Shown here: positions 58,697 through 64,000 of the stretch, piece by piece | Layout: the number at the start of each line of letters is the position of its first letter | Numbering within the stretch: position 1 is the stretch's first letter | Assembly: GCA_023920165.1 (NCBI GenBank) | Contig: CP089276.1 | Span: 2,170,001-2,234,000, forward strand | Reading direction: 5' to 3' | From: Curvularia clavata | Lineage: Eukaryota | Length of the DNA: 64,000 bases | The notes under the pieces: model-generated | Seen by the model: only the letters and a program-made list of their open reading frames with translations | Database searches by the model: none | Told to the model about the DNA's origin: nothing | Program-made: the position numbers and the translations under genes

Positions 58697-61321
58697 TTAA
58701 TCCTCAATGTCGTCATCGCTCAACACTAGGCTCGCGCCTTTATCCACCAGCCCAGATATCGCTGATTCGGGCTCCTGCGCCTTGGTCTCGAACTTTGCTC
58801 TTTTCTTCTTCTTCGGCGTTTCTGCGCCTGGTTTGTCCGTGGTCCACTGCTCCTGTTCGCCCGCATCTAGCTCATCTTCTAATTCGTCCTCTTCGTCGCC
58901 ACCCGAAAGAGCACTTCCGGTAAATGCGGTGATTTTTCGAATCTCGCGGATTGTGGCGGCCGAAGATGGAGACGAAACACGTGCCTTGCGTAAGATGGTG
59001 GTCAAGTAGGGGAGGCGCTCGAGAAGCATCTCGTGCCGGGCTGAACCACCGCTTCCCAGGAGAACTGGGATTGATGCATCGTCCCCATTAGGTTTTGAGC
59101 CTTGTGTCGATGCCAGTTGGGAGGACGAAGCGTTCCCTCTCCACGTGTGAACTCCTCCGTTGGTAATCGCTGGTTTTGGCGCACCTGACGTGACTGAGAA
59201 GAGTTCACCTCGTTGTACGCGCGACACCCACATATCCAATAATCCACCAATCTCTTCCTGCTGCTTCCATATCCGTAGCGACGCAGGATAATACATGACG
59301 AATGCATTACCTTTGGATAGGTTGCCACTCGATCCCTGACCCTTTGCTTTGATTCCCATGACGCCTGGAGGAGGGGCCATCCGCTTAACCGGATGCGGCA
59401 AATTATACAATAGACCACGCACGCTTGTTTGGAAGCACATTTCATCTTGGCGGAGGTTATCTGCACTTGTCCCCTGGAGGTTTCTACGGCCACCTCCGGC
59501 ACCAAAGCGGTCTGGAGAGAGAAGATCAGCGTCAGAGAGAGCTTCTATGCAGCCTTCAACAGAATCCATAGTTTCTTCGCTGTCTGCACCTGCACACGAC
59601 AGGACGTAGTTTTCGTGTAAAGCTGCAACAAAGGTCTGCGTATCGGTTCCCAATTCGTCAATAAGTGTGTCGACATTCACTTCCGAGGCTTTTGGTCGCC
59701 GTCTTTCAGGAAACCAATTTGGTGGGTGTGCAACCGGCATGTTGGGATTCTCTGCAGTACGCTTGTTGTACACAACCTTGCCCACTGAATGAAAAATGCC
59801 CAGAGTACTCTCCCGTTGCGTCACCATCTCGAGTGATTCTTGTTCGATTTTTGTCATGGGAGTATCCTTAAGGCCTTTCTTCTTGGTGAAATTGACCGTG
59901 GCACCCCAGCCTTCGGCGTCGTCACCACGTAGACACAAAAACTCCAGTGAAGAAACCGCGCTCCGGATGTCGCCGAGCTCGGCAAGGCGCTGGATAGCTT
60001 GTATACTCAGAGTCTTCTTTCGACCAGACTTCCTAGCCTCCTTGACAATGATGGTGTCTAGTGCTTTCGCCATAAACGTCGGGGCGATTGGATTGAACTC
60101 GACAACAGTCACTCCGGGATGTGTCAAAATCTCAGGACCCAAAAGGCGATGTGCGGTAAAGCTATCAGCTGCTGCCGTGTTGGTCGAGAGGAGTGTCTCA
60201 GAGATGATCATAACGATGGGAGTCACTGATTGCGCGGAATCGGCCTGACTTGAGAAAAATGCAGTGGCTGACTGCGTGTTCGCGGCGAGATATTTGAGTA
60301 CGGACGAGCGGAAAGACTGAACGGCCGAAGAAGTACGTGTGAATGTATTCGGGAACTCCTCTACTAGGACCAGCTGCTGTTTCCTGCTAGTTTGAGTAGC
60401 AGGCGAAGCCGTTTGCGTAATTGGTACTTCGGTATCGAAGGTCAAACTACCAAAGGTGCCAGTCCTTCCAACGAAGTCTTCGAACTGAGCGGTAACAGAG
60501 ACAAGGCTGTCGGACGTGGACATGGAACCAGTGGGATTCTTCCATTCATGCATGTCTATATCCAGCTCTTTAGAGAGCAGGGCCATGGTGGTAGTCTTTC
60601 CACTGCCAGCAGGGCCTTTGAGCAGCAGCAACCTCTTGCGTGTTTTGCCGCCAAAGACATCAGTGAGCCATGTGCGCACCTCTGCTACTTTTCTTTTGTG
60701 CACAGCAAGCTCGTCAAGGGACACTGGACCGAACCTTTCAGTCCATGGGCGGTGGTCTTCAACGTCTCGCCGTGGTGGCTGAGACGATACCGGCGGAGGC
60801 GTACTACGGGCCCCGTTGGCTGTTCGCAGGAATTTCTGCCTGCCAATCACAGTACGGCCATGGTCAGTCGGTGCTGTTGCCGCAATGGGTCTTTTGCGCA
60901 CAGGGAGCGCATTCGACGGTTGGGGGGGCTTTGCATCGTCATCGTCGTAGTCGGAATCGAAAATGTCGTCCAAGTCGTCTACTGATGGAGCAGGCTTCTC
61001 CGGGCTCGGCGTGGGCTGGGAGGGCTGGGAACGGGGGACATTGCTGAAGAAGGAGGTTATAGGCTTGTATACGGGCTTTGGCTTGGCAGGCGATTTGGCA
61101 GGCGACTTTTTAGTAGTGGATGCCCTGGACGCTTTTGGGGATGCTGCACGTGTCTGGGACCGGGTAGGCCTTTTCGTCTGACCCTCTGCATGCGAGGCGG
61201 GCGGTATGCTTGTTAGTGCGCCCCTGGTGGGAGGCTGGGGAGGCGGTGAAAGAGATTCACTCTGCTCGGAATCGGATGAGAGTACGACGGGCTTCTTCCG
61301 CGCCGACCGCAGCTTAGCCAT
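58697..61321 (-). CDS. RAD17: DNA damage checkpoint clamp loader Rad17 (S. cerevisiae Rad24)
   Basis: PWTERFGP..LDELAVHKRKV, Walker A GPAGSGKTT, LVEEFPN, FNPIAPTFM, GDIRSA, RESTLGIFHSVGKVVYNKR, C-terminal LSDDDIED. Confidence 0.95.
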   Translation of the reverse strand: MAKLRSARKKPVVLSSDSEQSESLSPPPQPPTRGALTSIPPASHAEGQTKRPTRSQTRAASPKASRASTTKKSPAKSPAKPKPVYKPITSFFSNVPRSQPSQPTPSPEKPAPSVDDLDDIFDSDYDDDDAKPPQPSNALPVRKRPIAATAPTDHGRTVIGRQKFLRTANGARSTPPPVSSQPPRRDVEDHRPWTERFGPVSLDELAVHKRKVAEVRTWLTDVFGGKTRKRLLLLKGPAGSGKTTTMALLSKELDIDMHEWKNPTGSMSTSDSLVSVTAQFEDFVGRTGTFGSLTFDTEVPITQTASPATQTSRKQQLVLVEEFPNTFTRTSSAVQSFRSSVLKYLAANTQSATAFFSSQADSAQSVTPIVMIISETLLSTNTAAADSFTAHRLLGPEILTHPGVTVVEFNPIAPTFMAKALDTIIVKEARKSGRKKTLSIQAIQRLAELGDIRSAVSSLEFLCLRGDDAEGWGATVNFTKKKGLKDTPMTKIEQESLEMVTQRESTLGIFHSVGKVVYNKRTAENPNMPVAHPPNWFPERRRPKASEVNVDTLIDELGTDTQTFVAALHENYVLSCAGADSEETMDSVEGCIEALSDADLLSPDRFGAGGGRRNLQGTSADNLRQDEMCFQTSVRGLLYNLPHPVKRMAPPPGVMGIKAKGQGSSGNLSKGNAFVMYYPASLRIWKQQEEIGGLLDMWVSRVQRGELFSVTSGAPKPAITNGGVHTWRGNASSSQLASTQGSKPNGDDASIPVLLGSGGSARHEMLLERLPYLTTILRKARVSSPSSAATIREIRKITAFTGSALSGGDEEDELEDELDAGEQEQWTTDKPGAETPKKKKRAKFETKAQEPESAISGLVDKGASLVLSDDDIED

Positions 61322-62251
61322 GCCGCCCCAAATCGCTGGATCTGAGGAACTGCTCGCTGCGCAGTGACATTGTCAGGGCCGGGCTAGTTGGGGTTGCAAA
61401 TGCGAGCGGACAGCGGCGCGAGTCTTTGATGGATGGGCTACACGTACGTCGCCGTGTCGGGACGGTCGAGGAAGACGACGGCTGGGCCCAAGCGCGCTAA
61501 TCCAGGCAGTCATGTGGGGCGACGACACTGTGCCTCGCTGCCAGCGCATCTTTGCTCCCTGCAACCTTCACCCTCCTTCACACACCGCTGCTCCTTTGCC
61601 CCTAGCTTCCCCGCGGTAGCGCTCTCATGTCGAGGCTGATATGCAGCTAACACGGCCAACTGCAACATGCCACAACGCCTTCCCTGTCCCGATTGCAGCG
61701 CGCCCAATTTCTTGAGCCCCGGCGCCGTCACGGCATATGCACCATCGGTTCGTTGAATCACTCTGCTTCAGACAGAGGCCACGGCTGTTCCGCTGCGTAC
61801 TGGAGCATCTTCGCCGCTCTACCGCCGAGGGCTTTTGTTCTTGTGCTGCAACAAAACACCAAACAAGATGATACAGACACCTCCTCGTGCTCGATGACGT
61901 TCACGGCCGCACGCGGTGGCTGGAGCCGTTCCCATCGGTGCACGCACTGCTTAGGCTGCTCAGGTTGACGATGAGCTGGCAGCTCCCGGCCACTTGCTTA
62001 TTGGACGGCACTGCGTTTTCTCTCCCGTACCATTGTCGTTCCGGATTTGCATTGGCGCCTGCTTTATATACTTATCATGCGCGTGCTCACCTTTTTTTGC
62101 CCATTTTTTTGCCATTATGCCATGTCACCAAGCACCCAGTCTTATATTTGTTAGTCCGCGCGTTTACTGTGAGAGGGTTATCAGTCAGATTGGGCAATTT
62201 CCTATGGTCTCTGTGCTGTAAATAATATTCCCGTTGTAGTCGGTGGTAGAC

Positions 62252-64000
62252 ATGGCGAAGAAAAAGATCAACAGCAACAAGAAGAGTCAGAAACCAGTGG
62301 AGTCTGCTTCTCCACCTGACTTTGTGCCAACCAACACGGGGGAGCCAGTCCCCAGCCCGCTTGAAATCCCAATGCCAGCAGAGCCGCCCGCCACGGACGC
62401 ATCGTCCGGGGAGCAGTCAGTGCTAGTGGAGCCTGTCAAGCGTAGTATTCCCAAGTCGGTGGAAACGTCCACATTTGTATCTTCAACACACCTCGACAGT
62501 TCACAGTCTATTCCCCACAAGGCTGCAGGCCCATTAGCTGCTGAAAGCACATCTGCACACCAAGATCCACCTATGAAGACACAGCAGGAGCTCGACTCCC
62601 AAATAGCACCAATCCAAGCCACACAATCCGGTATAGCCAACGACAACGTCGAGGAACTTCATCCTGCCGCCAATGAAATTGAACAACCATCCATTCAACG
62701 GTTCCATGGCAAACCAGAAACAGGTCGCATTCTAGATCCAGAGCCTCCTCTGGAAGAGGAGCACGAGGCTATACAGCCAATCCAAGACCTCACATCCACG
62801 ACCGTGCTTCCGAGGTCACAGCTTCTCCCAGCTCCGGAATTGCCTGGGGAACTCCACGCGGATATCGAATCTCTGGGTGAACCATTTACTATTGTGGCAC
62901 CTGAGGCGACACCAGAAGACTTTGCACAGAGCATTCCAGCCGACACGGAAGCTGCACCTGTCCAGGAAGGGCAGATGGAAATACCTGCCGGTCAAACGCG
63001 AGCAAAGTCTCCTCATATGGTGGCGTTCGACATTCCCGAAGCACCCACAGCACCCACAGCACCTGAAGTACAGATAGCTGAGCCAACAGAGCCAATAGAG
63101 ATTGCTGGTGGAGCTATTGATAGCGACCCAGTAAAAGAAACACCATCAGCATACCAAGAAAAGGCTCAGTCTCTTCCGGATTCCGATCATCATGGGGAAG
63201 ATCCAACAAGCAACGAGCCATTCGATGTGGCCGAGGAGCAGAGAATACTGCTGGAGGTGCCTGAGGCGCCCCCTTTGCAACCCGAGTCATTTGTCAGCAC
63301 AGGTCCGATAGAAGATGCCGCCAACCCAGCCGCAGAGCCTACGGTCTCTTTTCATGGTGAAGAAACTGAAGCACCTGCCGACATCCAGACAGCACATGAA
63401 GAAAGATGGCATCAGAGGAGAAGAGTACCACATAGATTCGAGCAGCACAGCATAGTAGAAGAGAGTGTAATTCCTCCAGAGGTGGCTCAAGATTCCCGGG
63501 AAACAGATGCTGAGGTTTACTGGCAACAAGGTCAGCATGAAAGGCCGGATCAAGGGAAAACTAGGTGGAAGAGGAGAGAGAACGAAGAGGCCGGGGCGAT
63601 AGGACTGCTACAAGAGCTTGAGCGGGAAATACACGAGGAGCAGACTCAAGAAGAGATGGAAGCAGCTCAAGTGGTTGATGAAGCTCAAGAGGAACCCGAA
63701 ACGAAGACCGAGGAACAGAAAGAGTCTGAGAAAAGACAGCGAGAAAGCGCCATTCGTGAGCGAGTCGAGAGAGAGACTTTAGAGCAAGTGTTCGAAGCCA
63801 AGAGGCTCCTGGCTCTGATGGAGCAGGAAATACGTGCTAATGAGGCCCAAGAGGAGATTGAAAAGGCCGCGCTTGCCGAGAGGGCCAAGAGGGAGAATGA
63901 GCAGCTCGAGTACAAGCAAATGCAGCGTGAGAGGCTTGAGCAGCACCGAAGGGACATGGAGGCTCGGATGGCCGCAGGTGGCGCTACAAGCGCTCAAAAA
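62252..64000 (+). CDS. Large acidic/Pro-rich low-complexity protein with coiled coil (partial, runs off the window)
   Basis: ATG 62252 (MAKKKINSNKKSQK); the same frame is in register with the Glu/Arg-rich coiled-coil sequence at the window end (583 codons); absent from the ORF track, consistent with having no stop in the window. Confidence 0.75.
   Translation, partial: MAKKKINSNKKSQKPVESASPPDFVPTNTGEPVPSPLEIPMPAEPPATDASSGEQSVLVEPVKRSIPKSVETSTFVSSTHLDSSQSIPHKAAGPLAAESTSAHQDPPMKTQQELDSQIAPIQATQSGIANDNVEELHPAANEIEQPSIQRFHGKPETGRILDPEPPLEEEHEAIQPIQDLTSTTVLPRSQLLPAPELPGELHADIESLGEPFTIVAPEATPEDFAQSIPADTEAAPVQEGQMEIPAGQTRAKSPHMVAFDIPEAPTAPTAPEVQIAEPTEPIEIAGGAIDSDPVKETPSAYQEKAQSLPDSDHHGEDPTSNEPFDVAEEQRILLEVPEAPPLQPESFVSTGPIEDAANPAAEPTVSFHGEETEAPADIQTAHEERWHQRRRVPHRFEQHSIVEESVIPPEVAQDSRETDAEVYWQQGQHERPDQGKTRWKRRENEEAGAIGLLQELEREIHEEQTQEEMEAAQVVDEAQEEPETKTEEQKESEKRQRESAIRERVERETLEQVFEAKRLLALMEQEIRANEAQEEIEKAALAERAKRENEQLEYKQMQRERLEQHRRDMEARMAAGGATSAQK

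Noticed and set aside
4057..61321. Functional clustering of ubiquitin-proteasome genes (RPN10, E2, IPA1, NPL4) or clamp-loader genes (RFC2, RAD17)
   Set aside because: The genes are interspersed with unrelated ones; unremarkable for a housekeeping-rich region without synteny evidence
743..63997. Numerous antisense and overlapping ORFs in the six-frame track
   Set aside because: Shadows of codon-biased or low-complexity real genes, with no recognisable motifs

Overview
Eukaryotic genomic DNA from a filamentous ascomycete (Dothideomycete/Pleosporales-like is my inference from gene content and intron style, not proven). The window is gene-dense with about 29 protein-coding genes, most with short GT-AG introns of 45-100 nt. 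Most are housekeeping: Rpn10, Trs23, Erg26, Ipa1/UBE3D, Ace1/SltA, Nsr1, Alg6, Cox17, Rna1, TamA/Dal81, Cks1, Rfc2, Npl4, Sec66 and Rad17/Rad24. I saw no tRNA, rRNA, CRISPR, transposon or RIP-degraded block. The best non-coding find is a box H/ACA-type RNA (~10920-11137) inside the unusually long 352-nt intron of the IPA1/UBE3D-like gene. Its 5' pocket is complementary to the U2 snRNA branch-point region (yeast Psi42, the snR81 target), and its 3' domain also has U2 complementarity. Other leads are a sense-strand GATACC motif in many 3' flanks, an orphan with a transglutaminase/papain-like C-H-D pattern, a signal-peptide-bearing exopolyphosphatase, a start codon split by an intron, three in-frame stop-free introns in ACE1, and phased AGCCCAC repeats upstream of NSR1. 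All gene names come from motif recognition by eye; no searches were run.
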